From the IMG/VR virus record IMGVR_UViG_2675903516_000002: a stretch of DNA of 20,000 nt, one strand, 5' to 3'. The notes under the pieces are model-generated. The model was not told where the DNA came from. It worked only from the letters and a program-made list of their open reading frames with translations, and searched no databases. Positions within the stretch are counted from its first letter, which is position 1; the number at the start of each line of letters is the position of its first letter. The stretch comes from an uncultured virus (IMG/VR IMGVR_UViG_2675903516_000002). Lineage: Duplodnaviria > Heunggongvirae > Uroviricota > Caudoviricetes. The position numbers were made by a program, and so were the translations under genes. Positions 1-7,601 of this stretch are shown here, piece after piece.

Positions 1-74
1 TTCAGTCAACCCCCGCGTTAGCTTCAACCGTTGATGTTATTAGCGGCTTGAGTGCTGTCGCTGGTTTGAGTTGA
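1..74 (+). CDS. cII: 3' end of 186-type CII lysogeny-establishment regulator (partial)
   Basis: Frame from position 3 reads QSTPALASTVDVISGLSAVAGLS*, stop TGA at 72-74. It resembles the CII C-terminus as recalled and lies directly upstream of fil, as in 186. Confidence 0.75.
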   Translation, partial: QSTPALASTVDVISGLSAVAGLS

Positions 75-83
75 GGTGTCTTT

Positions 84-269
84 ATGATTATTTCTATTGC
101 CCCATTGTTGAAACAGCAAAGCCCGGTAAACCTGCGCCATTTCGGTAACGGTGTGCTGGAATTGAAGAGCGGCCAGCGCTGGAAGCCGGGAAGTAATCAA
201 AAGGCGCTTTTACAAGAATTGTCCTCTGCAATGAAGACGCCAATATTACGTCGTCTGTTCGGACGTTGA
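84..269 (+). CDS. fil: Fil-like phage filamentation protein (DUF2724)
   Basis: SIAPLLKQQSP...HFGNG...GQRWKP matches the Fil pattern (S.A.LL..QSP...GHG.....G.RW.P). GAGG RBS upstream; follows cII. Confidence 0.8.
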   Translation: MIISIAPLLKQQSPVNLRHFGNGVLELKSGQRWKPGSNQKALLQELSSAMKTPILRRLFGR

Positions 270-280
270 TTGGGGGTTAT

Positions 281-592
281 ATGCTGCAATTAACGGAAGC
301 TGAAAAATTAAGAATGACGGGTATTGCTCGTATTGCTGAATTAAAAGAAACGCATTTCCGTAATAGAAAGAATGTTGCTCTGGAGGCTTTTGATAAATCA
401 CCGGCACATTTGCGGAAAACAATCTGTTTTCATGCTGGGTTAAAAAGCCGTCATGTGAATATGCAGTTTTCAGAATTAACGCCAGCAGAAAGAGAATCTG
501 TTGTTGAAACGTTGAATTACTTAATTGAGTTTACTCGTTCGTTGCCGTCATTTGTCAGTAATGATGACTGCACACTGAATATTATTAATTAA
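281..592 (+). CDS. DUF5347 / P2 gpB-related early protein
   Basis: RKTICFHAGLKSRHVNMQFSELTPAERE resembles the repeat unit of P2 protein B. ATG at 281 has a G-rich RBS at 272-276 and is preferred over 266. Confidence 0.65.
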   Translation: MLQLTEAEKLRMTGIARIAELKETHFRNRKNVALEAFDKSPAHLRKTICFHAGLKSRHVNMQFSELTPAERESVVETLNYLIEFTRSLPSFVSNDDCTLNIIN

Positions 593-657
593 CCGAATCC
601 GAAATATATGGCGTTTTACTCGCCGGGATTTCCATTACCTAAAATAAGGTTATAGAA

Positions 658-1164
658 ATGAAAAAGACAGATGTATATACCGTGCTGGAAGAAATTGAGC
701 GTGCTCGTGATGTTTTTTCGCATCTGAAGAGATCCAACTACACTAAAAATAGAGAAGTAAATGAGGTTGAGATATTTGGTCATTTGTCAAAGGCTATGGT
801 TGCAGCAAACTTAATTTATGTGAAGTCAAAAAATAATAATCAAGTACCAGAGAAAAAAGAAAAAGAATGTATAGCATCACCAAAAACTCATCAATTAAAA
901 ATTCTACCTGAGTATTATCAGGCTGTAATTGAGGGGAAGAAAAAAGCGGAGTTACGAGAAAATGACCGAGGTTACTCTATTGGTGATTATTTACTTTTGG
1001 CTGAGTGGGATTTTAAAGGCGATGTATATACCGGGCGTAAAGTCATAGTAGAAGTTACAGATATTACTCTATGTGATTTTGCCACTCCTAATTTTGTCAT
1101 GCTTTCATTTGATGGCATCGACTCTATCAATACTCATTCTTTTGATGGAGGCATCCCATTTTGA
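658..1164 (+). CDS. ASCH/PUA-like (DUF3850) domain protein with N-terminal extension
   Basis: C-terminal half HQLKILPEYYQAVIEGKKKAELRENDRGYSIGDYLLLAEW...YTGR carries the ASCH GxKxxExR motif. TAAGG RBS; AT-rich. Confidence 0.8.
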   Translation: MKKTDVYTVLEEIERARDVFSHLKRSNYTKNREVNEVEIFGHLSKAMVAANLIYVKSKNNNQVPEKKEKECIASPKTHQLKILPEYYQAVIEGKKKAELRENDRGYSIGDYLLLAEWDFKGDVYTGRKVIVEVTDITLCDFATPNFVMLSFDGIDSINTHSFDGGIPF

Positions 1165-1439
1165 ATAACACTCATCCAGCACAAAATATATGGGTGGGTG
1201 TAGACCCCGCCAAGCCGGGCAGTGACAGCTCAGTCACAATGATGTCAGTTGAATCAATGGAACTAATGCTCAATGAAGCGCGCATGGATGAAAGAAAGAA
1301 TCAGGCAGCGCTGGTTTCATTTCGTTTGGATGAGATTGCTAATCAAATTCTAAACCGAGAATTGAACGGTGTAGAGGCGGCGGAGCTGCTTAACTACATC
1401 GCCGAGGGGATTCTTAACCAAGCGCAGGCACAACACTGA
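1161..1439 (+). CDS. DUF2732 family early protein (P2 orf80-like)
   Basis: LNEARMDERK...RLDEIANQI..RELNGVEAAELL is typical of the family. TTG start overlaps the upstream stop, with GGAGG at 1147-1151. Confidence 0.75.
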   Translation: MNNTHPAQNIWVGVDPAKPGSDSSVTMMSVESMELMLNEARMDERKNQAALVSFRLDEIANQILNRELNGVEAAELLNYIAEGILNQAQAQH

Positions 1440-1744
1440 TGGTTGACGAAATTGTCATTGATGCTCGTTACGCAATTACTTTGTGTGAGCCAACCAAAAC
1501 TCTAGGCCGAATTCCAAACCTCGTGCTTAACGAGATTAAATTCACCAAAGAAAATGAGAGGGTATTGGCGGTAATTGCTCACTATCCTACAAGGGTTAGT
1601 TTAGTAAGTGATTTAATTCATCATCGTATTTATCGCTCTGGCGTTAATTCTATTCCGGCATTGGTTGAAGAAACCAAACGCCTTGCTGAATTATGTGAGA
1701 AAGGATTTAAAGATTTTCACTCTCCTAACTTATTACCTAAATAA
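1439..1744 (+). CDS. DUF5405-like early protein (paralogue 1)
   Basis: Coupled start (TGATG). I.ID.RY.IT...LVLNE.K....IAHYP....LV..LI pattern shared with the next ORF. Confidence 0.6.
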   Translation: MVDEIVIDARYAITLCEPTKTLGRIPNLVLNEIKFTKENERVLAVIAHYPTRVSLVSDLIHHRIYRSGVNSIPALVEETKRLAELCEKGFKDFHSPNLLPK

Positions 1745-1754
1745 AGAGTTTATT

Positions 1755-2018
1755 ATGCATATTAAAATTGGTGAAAAACACGTTGTTACTTCTGGCAGTC
1801 TGCAATTTATTCTTAATGAAGTAAAAGTAAGTCAGAAAGGTAAAAGTGAGGGGCAGGAACGTTTAGAGCCTATTGCTTATTATCCAGCTATTGCACAACT
1901 GGTTGAGGGATTAATAAAGCGCAATATAGGTGAAGCGCAAATTAATAGTTTTGCATCACTTGGGAATGAAATTGGTCGCATCGGTAAACTGTGCCAAGAA
2001 GCCTTTTCAGCCAAATGA
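1755..2018 (+). CDS. DUF5405 family early protein (paralogue 2)
   Basis: MHIKIGEKHVVTSGSLQFILNEVKV...GQERLEPIAYYP. ATG at 1755 preferred over 1665, which would overlap the previous gene; ATGA overlap with A. Confidence 0.7.
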   Translation: MHIKIGEKHVVTSGSLQFILNEVKVSQKGKSEGQERLEPIAYYPAIAQLVEGLIKRNIGEAQINSFASLGNEIGRIGKLCQEAFSAK

Positions 2019-4294
2019 CAGATTCAATCCGTGGCCGTATTACCCCAACTCCGCCGTTGCCTTATCCGGGCAGCGGCGCTGCTGTTCCTGCCTATACCTA
2101 CCCCGGCAGCAAACCGCGCGAAACTTTGCCCGGTATTCAAAGACCGCTTACCCGTGAACAACTGATTCAGGGGCAAGCCGCTTTAGACAAAATCAATAAC
2201 CTGCCTCACTTTCTGCGTAGCCAGTTTATTTCTCGCTATCAATACCTGTTAGCCAATAAAGGGCTAAACGACGCTAACAAATGGCTGGTGTTTGTCTTTG
2301 ACCAGCGTATTTGGCCGCGTATTCAGGTGGTCAATAGTAAAAATGTTATGCGCCTTAGTGCGTCAATGAGCTTTTCCACTGATGCCCCAACCTATGCCAG
2401 CCTCGCGGGTATGCATGATAAAGAGCTGCGCCGCTTTGCCCGCAAAATCGGTGATGCGCTAATGGTGGCGTACAACCATCATTGTGATGAATGCATTAAG
2501 GCTAATCAGGGTGACAGGGCCGTTTTATTGCAGGCCGATACACAGGTACGGATATTCGGCGATCTTGCCAGAATGGCGCGCGCTTTTAATATCACCCCGA
2601 TGCACTGGCGCAAATACCTGAAAGGCCGTTTAGATATCACGTCTGCTATCGCCAGTCTGTCACGGCTGGTTAACCCTGAGTGGTGGGAGCGCAAACTCAA
2701 AGCGCAGCGCACCCGTTGGCGGGAAGCATTATTGATTGCTGTCGGTAATGTTAGCCGGGATATTTCAGCATCTTCTTATGCCAGTAAGCAGGCTATCCGC
2801 GAAGTGTTCGCCCGTCGCCAGTCTAATCTGGAATATCTCAAAAGCTGCCAGTTAGAAAATATTGAAACCGGTGAGCGCATCGACCTGATTGATAAGGTGA
2901 TGGCGAGCATTTCTAATCCAGAAATTCGCCGCATGGAGCTAATGAACACCATCGCTTTCACGGAAAAATATGCTGCCGGGCAAAAGCACGTCGGTATGTT
3001 CCTGACCATCACCACCCCGTCCAAATATCACCCGACTCGCGTTGTTGGGAAAGGTGACAACGAGAAAGTCCAGCTTAATCATAAGTGGAATGATGAAGCC
3101 TATTCACCAAAAGACGGCCAGCGCTATCTCTGCAAGATTTGGAGCAAGATGCGCACCGCCTTTAAAGACAACGAATTAAGTGTCTACGGAATGCGCGTAG
3201 TTGAGCCACACCATGACGGTACGCCGCACTGGCACATGATGCTGTTTTGCCAACGCCGCCAGCGCCAGCAGGTAATCGACATCATGCGCCGCTATGCGTT
3301 GAAAGAAGATGGTGACGAGCGCGGAGCCGCTAAATACCGCTTTGAGTGTAAGCACATGAACAAAGGCGGGGCCGCTGGCTACATCGCTAAATACATTGCC
3401 AAGAATATCGACGGCTACGCGCTTGAGGGTGAACGTGATCATGAAACCGGTGAGCTGCTGACTGACTCCGCTGCGGCGGTAACAGCGTGGGCGGCAACGT
3501 GGCGCATCCCTCAGTTTCGCCCGATTGGGCTTCCCTCCATGGGAGTCTATCGCGAGTGTCGCCGTATCCGTTCTATTAGTCTGGCTGAGACTTTTGACGA
3601 AACCGTGGAAGCTGTGCGTCATGCGGCTGATGAGGGTGATTTTGCTGCCTACATCATGGCGCAAGGTGGCACCAATTGCGGCAATCAGACCGTCCGGTTA
3701 GCCAAGCGCGTCGCCGATGAACTCAACGCCTACGATGAAGAAGTACAGAAAGTCGTCGGTATCTACGCGCCGCATTTAGGCGCTGACCATATTCATGAAA
3801 CCCGCACAACCCAATGGCGCATCGTTGCTGGTGCCGTTGACGTTGAGCTTTTGACTTTGAAAAGCGCCTCTGGCGCGCCTCGGAGTCCTGTCAATAACTG
3901 TGGGTTAGGTGGAAACACCCAAGCGCCAAATGACCCCAACGGGCAGGATAAAACGCCTGTGGCGGCGATGGAATACCCACCGGACGCCGTTATTGACTGG
4001 TCGGACACTGCCGCCGTGAGGGCGATTGTGGCCCGCGTTAAAGAGAAACAGCCAACGATAAGCAAGATGCAACGCAGTTATGACCCCACCAAGGGCCGAC
4101 TTATTGCGCCATCCGCCCGTTTAACCCGCGAAGAACGCCAGCGCATCCCCCAAATCCGCAACGATTTACTGTTGAAAGATATCAGCGCCCAACGTTGGGA
4201 GCTGGAATCGTTAGCGCGTGGGGCTTCAATGACGTTTAACGACACAGTTATTCAATATCCGGCCTTGTCCGACTGGCCGGAATTCGATGATTAA
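2015..4294 (+). CDS. A: Rolling-circle replication initiator endonuclease gpA (HUH family)
   Basis: FLTITTPSKYH, EPHHDGTPHWHMMLF (HUH) and GYIAKYIAKNIDG (two catalytic Tyr). ATG at 2015 is coupled to the upstream stop. Confidence 0.97.
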   Translation: MTDSIRGRITPTPPLPYPGSGAAVPAYTYPGSKPRETLPGIQRPLTREQLIQGQAALDKINNLPHFLRSQFISRYQYLLANKGLNDANKWLVFVFDQRIWPRIQVVNSKNVMRLSASMSFSTDAPTYASLAGMHDKELRRFARKIGDALMVAYNHHCDECIKANQGDRAVLLQADTQVRIFGDLARMARAFNITPMHWRKYLKGRLDITSAIASLSRLVNPEWWERKLKAQRTRWREALLIAVGNVSRDISASSYASKQAIREVFARRQSNLEYLKSCQLENIETGERIDLIDKVMASISNPEIRRMELMNTIAFTEKYAAGQKHVGMFLTITTPSKYHPTRVVGKGDNEKVQLNHKWNDEAYSPKDGQRYLCKIWSKMRTAFKDNELSVYGMRVVEPHHDGTPHWHMMLFCQRRQRQQVIDIMRRYALKEDGDERGAAKYRFECKHMNKGGAAGYIAKYIAKNIDGYALEGERDHETGELLTDSAAAVTAWAATWRIPQFRPIGLPSMGVYRECRRIRSISLAETFDETVEAVRHAADEGDFAAYIMAQGGTNCGNQTVRLAKRVADELNAYDEEVQKVVGIYAPHLGADHIHETRTTQWRIVAGAVDVELLTLKSASGAPRSPVNNCGLGGNTQAPNDPNGQDKTPVAAMEYPPDAVIDWSDTAAVRAIVARVKEKQPTISKMQRSYDPTKGRLIAPSARLTREERQRIPQIRNDLLLKDISAQRWELESLARGASMTFNDTVIQYPALSDWPEFDD
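3875..3903 (+). other. Rolling-circle origin / gpA nick site
   Basis: GCGCCTCGGAGTCCTGTCAATAACTGTGG matches the P2 ori located inside gene A; nick expected between 3882 and 3883. Confidence 0.9.
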
Positions 4295-4313
4295 TCTACC
4301 TGAGAGGAAAACC

Positions 4314-4673
4314 ATGACTAAAACCGACGCCACTACCCGTAAACAGGCACAGCGCCAGCGTGATAAATCCGCCGGTATCAATGAAATTCGCGCCCGACTG
4401 GAGCCAGAAGAGTTCGCCATGCTAATCGAGGGCATGACCGCCCGGCGTCTGTTCCGGCCAGCTTACGATTTACCGGAATATATCGCGCTGCTGATTCGAC
4501 AAGATAACCAGCGACTAAAAGAGCAACAAGCCGAGCTGGGTAAACAACGCTGTGGCAAATGTGGCGATACCTTGCCGGGCGATCCAAATGGGTGTTGTTT
4601 ACGGGGTGAAGCGGCGTGTTGGCAAACCAAAGGTATCAACAGCTTATTAATTAGTGCAGTTAAACCATTGTGA
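4314..4673 (+). CDS. Conserved phage hypothetical protein, basic N-terminus and C-terminal Cys cluster (possible Zn-binding DNA-binding protein)
   Basis: RKQAQRQRDK...YIALLIRQD...CGKCG...CC......CW. ATG at 4314 has GAGAGG RBS (alternative start 4287). Confidence 0.75.
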   Translation: MTKTDATTRKQAQRQRDKSAGINEIRARLEPEEFAMLIEGMTARRLFRPAYDLPEYIALLIRQDNQRLKEQQAELGKQRCGKCGDTLPGDPNGCCLRGEAACWQTKGINSLLISAVKPL

Positions 4674-4716
4674 CGCGTCACGGCGGATTACTTTTACAAC
4701 ATATAGCGCGTCACAA
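4668..4716. repeat. Palindrome and inverted repeat (possible operator)
   Basis: Perfect palindrome GTGACGCGTCAC at 4670-4681; TTGTGACGCG (4668-4677) is the reverse complement of CGCGTCACAA (4707-4716). Confidence 0.6.
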
Positions 4717-4749
4717 GCATCTGATTTAACTAAACAGCCATATACAGTA

Positions 4750-4794
4750 TTGACCTGAATATTGTTTTACTCGATACTGTATATAAATACAGTA
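4750..4794 (+). promoter_or_regulatory. Sigma70 promoter overlapped by LexA (SOS) box
   Basis: TTGACC (4750-4755), 17 bp spacer, GATACT (4773-4778). Near-consensus SOS box TACTGTATATAAATACAGTA at 4775-4794. Confidence 0.92.
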
Positions 4795-4810
4795 TAATAA
4801 GGAGCCTGCA

Positions 4811-5005
4811 TTGAAACCCGTTGATAAAATAGAATTAACACTATCAAGAATTCAGTTTATTGCTGAAGTTTCGCAAGTTGCACAGTGTAGTAATAGCGAG
4901 TTTCTTGTCGCCATGTCGTTGATATCAGACCTGACCAGCCAGATAGTCACGAGCCAAAATTATGATGAGATTTTCTATAACGCCGACGGTAAAAAATCGC
5001 ACTGA
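4811..5005 (+). CDS. tum: Tum-like SOS-induced antirepressor (short form, no DinI-like domain seen)
   Basis: LSRIQFIAEV....CSNSEFLVAMSLISDL resembles the 186 Tum N-terminal domain. TAAGGAG RBS, TTG start, LexA box upstream, position between A and cos as in 186. Confidence 0.72.
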   Translation: MKPVDKIELTLSRIQFIAEVSQVAQCSNSEFLVAMSLISDLTSQIVTSQNYDEIFYNADGKKSH

Positions 5006-5181
5006 TAAATCCCCCATAAAATAATGCATGTGTGGCCTCCCATCGTGATTTGGGTCATGCATGCATATAGTGCATGATTCCGCATGTTGATCCCCTCCCC
5101 TATTTCCCCTGTTAGCGCCAGTTCCGGCGCGGATCTCAATGGATCATGCAAGTGCATGAAAAGCGACCTGCAAAGCGCGCA

Positions 5182-5200
5182 GGCGTGGCGGGGATAGCAT
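5182..5200. other. cos site (19-nt cohesive end)
   Basis: GGCGTGGCGGGGATAGCAT closely matches the 186/P2/P4 cohesive end. Flanked by the GCGCGCA/TGCGCGC inverted repeat and upstream TGCATG repeats. Confidence 0.93.
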
Positions 5201-5363
5201 TGCGCGCAAAGGGTTTTGATACCCTTATTTATAGATCTTGGGCGGGCCGTGGTGCTGCGTTCGGTTGGGTTGGGAATCAATGCGTGTTCATGGGTTGCGA
5301 GGGCGTAGCGGGCGTCTGGTGGCGTATGGTGCGAGGTGTTGGAATTGCTACTTTTCGGGCATG

Positions 5364-5387
5364 AAAAAGCCGCCCGGTTCGGCGGCT
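5364..5387 (-). terminator. Intrinsic terminator of the leftward terminase-portal operon
   Basis: Stem AGCCGCC/GGCGGCT with 6-nt loop, followed by a T-run on the minus strand. Confidence 0.8.
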
Positions 5388-5411
5388 ATGATATTCAAAA
5401 ATATCAATTAA

Positions 5412-5801
5412 CTATTTGCAAACTTGAAACGCCGCCAACTTATTGTCATCCGTAAACTGTGCGGCAACAACGCCGTCTTTGACCAGTGAATTAATAATTC
5501 CAAGCGCGCCAGTCATGTATTTGCCTTTAGACATACCGCAAGCTACCTCAGAGTCATGGGCTAACGTCGCGTTACACTCTATTCGATGCGATACCAGCGC
5601 AGTAATACAATCCGGGTCAAGTGACAACGCTTGATTAAGAATATCAACAGCCAGTTGCGCTGTGATTTTCTGGTTAGTTTGAGTTTCCATAATTATTACT
5701 CGTTTCGTTTCGCATTTTTGGGGTGGCTGAGGCGGTGGCGCGGGCCTCTTCACAATATCGCCGGGGTTATATGGCGGTGGTGTTGGCGCTTTACGTCCCA
5801 T
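5412..5801 (-). CDS. Hypothetical protein with Pro-rich N-terminus
   Basis: 129-aa ORF starting right after the portal stop, with GAGGA RBS and ending just before the terminator. Alternative internal start at 5690. Confidence 0.7.
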   Translation of the reverse strand: MGRKAPTPPPYNPGDIVKRPAPPPQPPQKCETKRVIIMETQTNQKITAQLAVDILNQALSLDPDCITALVSHRIECNATLAHDSEVACGMSKGKYMTGALGIINSLVKDGVVAAQFTDDNKLAAFQVCK

Positions 5802-5802
5802 A

Positions 5803-6840
5803 TCAATCCTCGCTTATCAGTTCATAAGGCTTGAACCGGATCACCTCTTGCCCTATCCAGTCATTCACCTCTTTCAATCGTTCTTGCAACGGCGTTAACT
5901 CATTGCGGACAAAGACTTGTGAGGCTTTCGCCACGTCACCGAAACCGCCAGTATTGTTGGGAATAATCCCCATCATCTGCGGTGGCACCCGGTGCACACT
6001 GAGCAGGTCGTCGCGGGTGGCGTTCTTGATATTAAAAAAGTCATCTTTGGTGGCGACTTCGCTCAACGGTAAAATCTGGATACCGTCTTTCTTGCCATTA
6101 GGTGCGTACATAAACAGGTTGCGGAAATTGCCTAACCCTTTAGTGTCGCGCATCGCTTTACGCATTGCCTCAATATCGCTGCTACTTTGCGCGGCGTCAG
6201 TCATATACAGGATGTATCCCGCGTGAGCGCCGTTCTGGTAATACTTGCGTCGAAACAGCGTGGCCGCTTCGTTGAGCCAGGCAGAGTTTAAGCCGCTGAG
6301 ATATTCCGGCAGGCCATAAAGTTCCTGATTAATATCCGGCTCTATCAAGTGGAAAATGCTACCAGCTTCAAACAAGTGTTCATTTTTCCAGTTCTGCACA
6401 AACCAATAGCAATCTTTTTCCAGCCCCCGGCGGGTGTACTTGGCCGGGCTGGGGTCGAGTCGCAGTGGCGCGCCAAGTTGATTGCGGCGAACCTCTAAAA
6501 ACGCATTGCCAAACACCAGATAATCCAGTGCATAGCGGCTAAATGATTGCTGACTGAGCATCGAATGTGGAATAAAGGTACTCGCCAGAATATTGCGCTT
6601 CACATACAGCGGTGAGCTGTGATGCACCGCCGCCCGGAAGCTGCGCGCCAGCCCATCAAAGCTAATCGGCGGGTCATACCATTTACCGTTACCGGTGCAT
6701 TCGATGTAATCCAGTATTTCCCGCTTATCAAGAACGGCGGAGGGCTCGCCAAAGGTGAAAGCCTCCACCGGCTGCTGTTGACTGGCGGTGTGATTAGTTG
6801 CCGGGCGACTTAATGCCTTGCGGCCCTTGCGCTTACTCAT
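5803..6840 (-). CDS. Q: Portal protein gpQ
   Basis: EAFTFGEP, AVHHSSPLYVKRNIL, YGLPEYL, FRRKYYQNGAHAG, HRVPPQMMG. ATG at 6840 coupled to the upstream stop. Confidence 0.97.
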   Translation of the reverse strand: MSKRKGRKALSRPATNHTASQQQPVEAFTFGEPSAVLDKREILDYIECTGNGKWYDPPISFDGLARSFRAAVHHSSPLYVKRNILASTFIPHSMLSQQSFSRYALDYLVFGNAFLEVRRNQLGAPLRLDPSPAKYTRRGLEKDCYWFVQNWKNEHLFEAGSIFHLIEPDINQELYGLPEYLSGLNSAWLNEAATLFRRKYYQNGAHAGYILYMTDAAQSSSDIEAMRKAMRDTKGLGNFRNLFMYAPNGKKDGIQILPLSEVATKDDFFNIKNATRDDLLSVHRVPPQMMGIIPNNTGGFGDVAKASQVFVRNELTPLQERLKEVNDWIGQEVIRFKPYELISED

Positions 6841-7601
6841 TTCACTTCTCCTGCATTGTTTGCCGCTTGTGACCAGTCGCACAAATATAAGAGCTTGAAA
6901 TCATCCGCCGTCATGTGTTTTTCCAGCCAACCCTTATCCCAATCTTTTTCCCATAACGTGCAGCCTTGTTGAATGGCATCATCAGTCGTGACCGATTGAC
7001 GAAATACATCATCAGCACAAAAAACGCCGTTATTTGTGTGTATCACCGGTGCTGTTTTTCGTGGGTGTTGCAGTGAACTATTCCAAATCTTGAACGCAAT
7101 ATGTGAGCGGGAGGGTGTGGTATAGAGCGTTAAACGATGATTTTTGTGCATCGCTATCCCCTTAGCCATTTGCAGTATTGAACGCGGGTTTTTAGCCCAT
7201 GCATATTCACCCAGATACACATTCCCGGTTTGAGCGGCTGCGTGACTGTTTTCACCGTGAAAGGCGATAAGCGCGCCATTACCTAGCAGCAGGTTACTCG
7301 GCGAGAATGGGTGCACGTTTACCCCAACTACTCGGCAAAACTCGGCAATATAAGCGCGGGTATTCAAGGCGCTTGGTCTGGTGCAGGTTAAAAAATGCTG
7401 ATTGCGGCCGCTGGTAATGGCATCCAGTAACGCTTCAAAAGCGAAAAGCCAGTCGGCCCCAATCTGGCGCGACTTGGTGAGACTGCGATCTGTGCCGGTC
7501 TGCCCCACGCGATACCACGTCTTTTGATAGTCAAAGGCCGCGTTTTCGAAATGTTCGCGCAGGCCGTCAACTTGACCAGCAGTGAAAATCATTGATTTCA
7601 T
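6837..7601 (-). CDS. Terminase ATPase-domain-only paralogue with altered Walker motifs (probably related to the extra packaging gene of phage 186)
   Basis: Aligns by eye to gpP residues ~127-370 (FDYQ, KSRQIGA, EALLDAIT.GRNQ, GN.YL.EY, TPS, CDDG/CADD.FRQ). ATGA overlaps at both ends. Confidence 0.88.
   Translation of the reverse strand: MKSMIFTAGQVDGLREHFENAAFDYQKTWYRVGQTGTDRSLTKSRQIGADWLFAFEALLDAITSGRNQHFLTCTRPSALNTRAYIAEFCRVVGVNVHPFSPSNLLLGNGALIAFHGENSHAAAQTGNVYLGEYAWAKNPRSILQMAKGIAMHKNHRLTLYTTPSRSHIAFKIWNSSLQHPRKTAPVIHTNNGVFCADDVFRQSVTTDDAIQQGCTLWEKDWDKGWLEKHMTADDFKLLYLCDWSQAANNAGEVK

Noticed and set aside
610..625. Small hairpin GGCG-N7-CGCC as an early terminator
   Set aside because: Only a 4-bp stem and no proper U-tract; too weak to call.
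1930..4065. Alternative-frame and antisense ORFs within gene A (1930-2157, 2506-2712, 2776-3024, 3176-3664, 3793-4065)
   Set aside because: Shadow ORFs of a well-conserved gene, with no motifs.
4721..4737. Second LexA box CTG...CAG
   Set aside because: The spacer is 11 bp rather than the required 10.
4975..5364. ORFs 4975-5280 (-) and 5146-5364 (+)
   Set aside because: They span cos and its repeats, have no convincing RBS or recognisable motifs, and are probably non-coding.
4295..5411. Multi-gene defence cassette in the A-to-cos hotspot
   Set aside because: Only two small ORFs and regulatory DNA are present, leaving no room for such a system.
6837..7601. Reading the second terminase-like ORF as a pseudogene or assembly duplication of P
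   Set aside because: The ORF is uninterrupted, highly diverged from P, ends at the domain boundary and is coupled to both neighbours.
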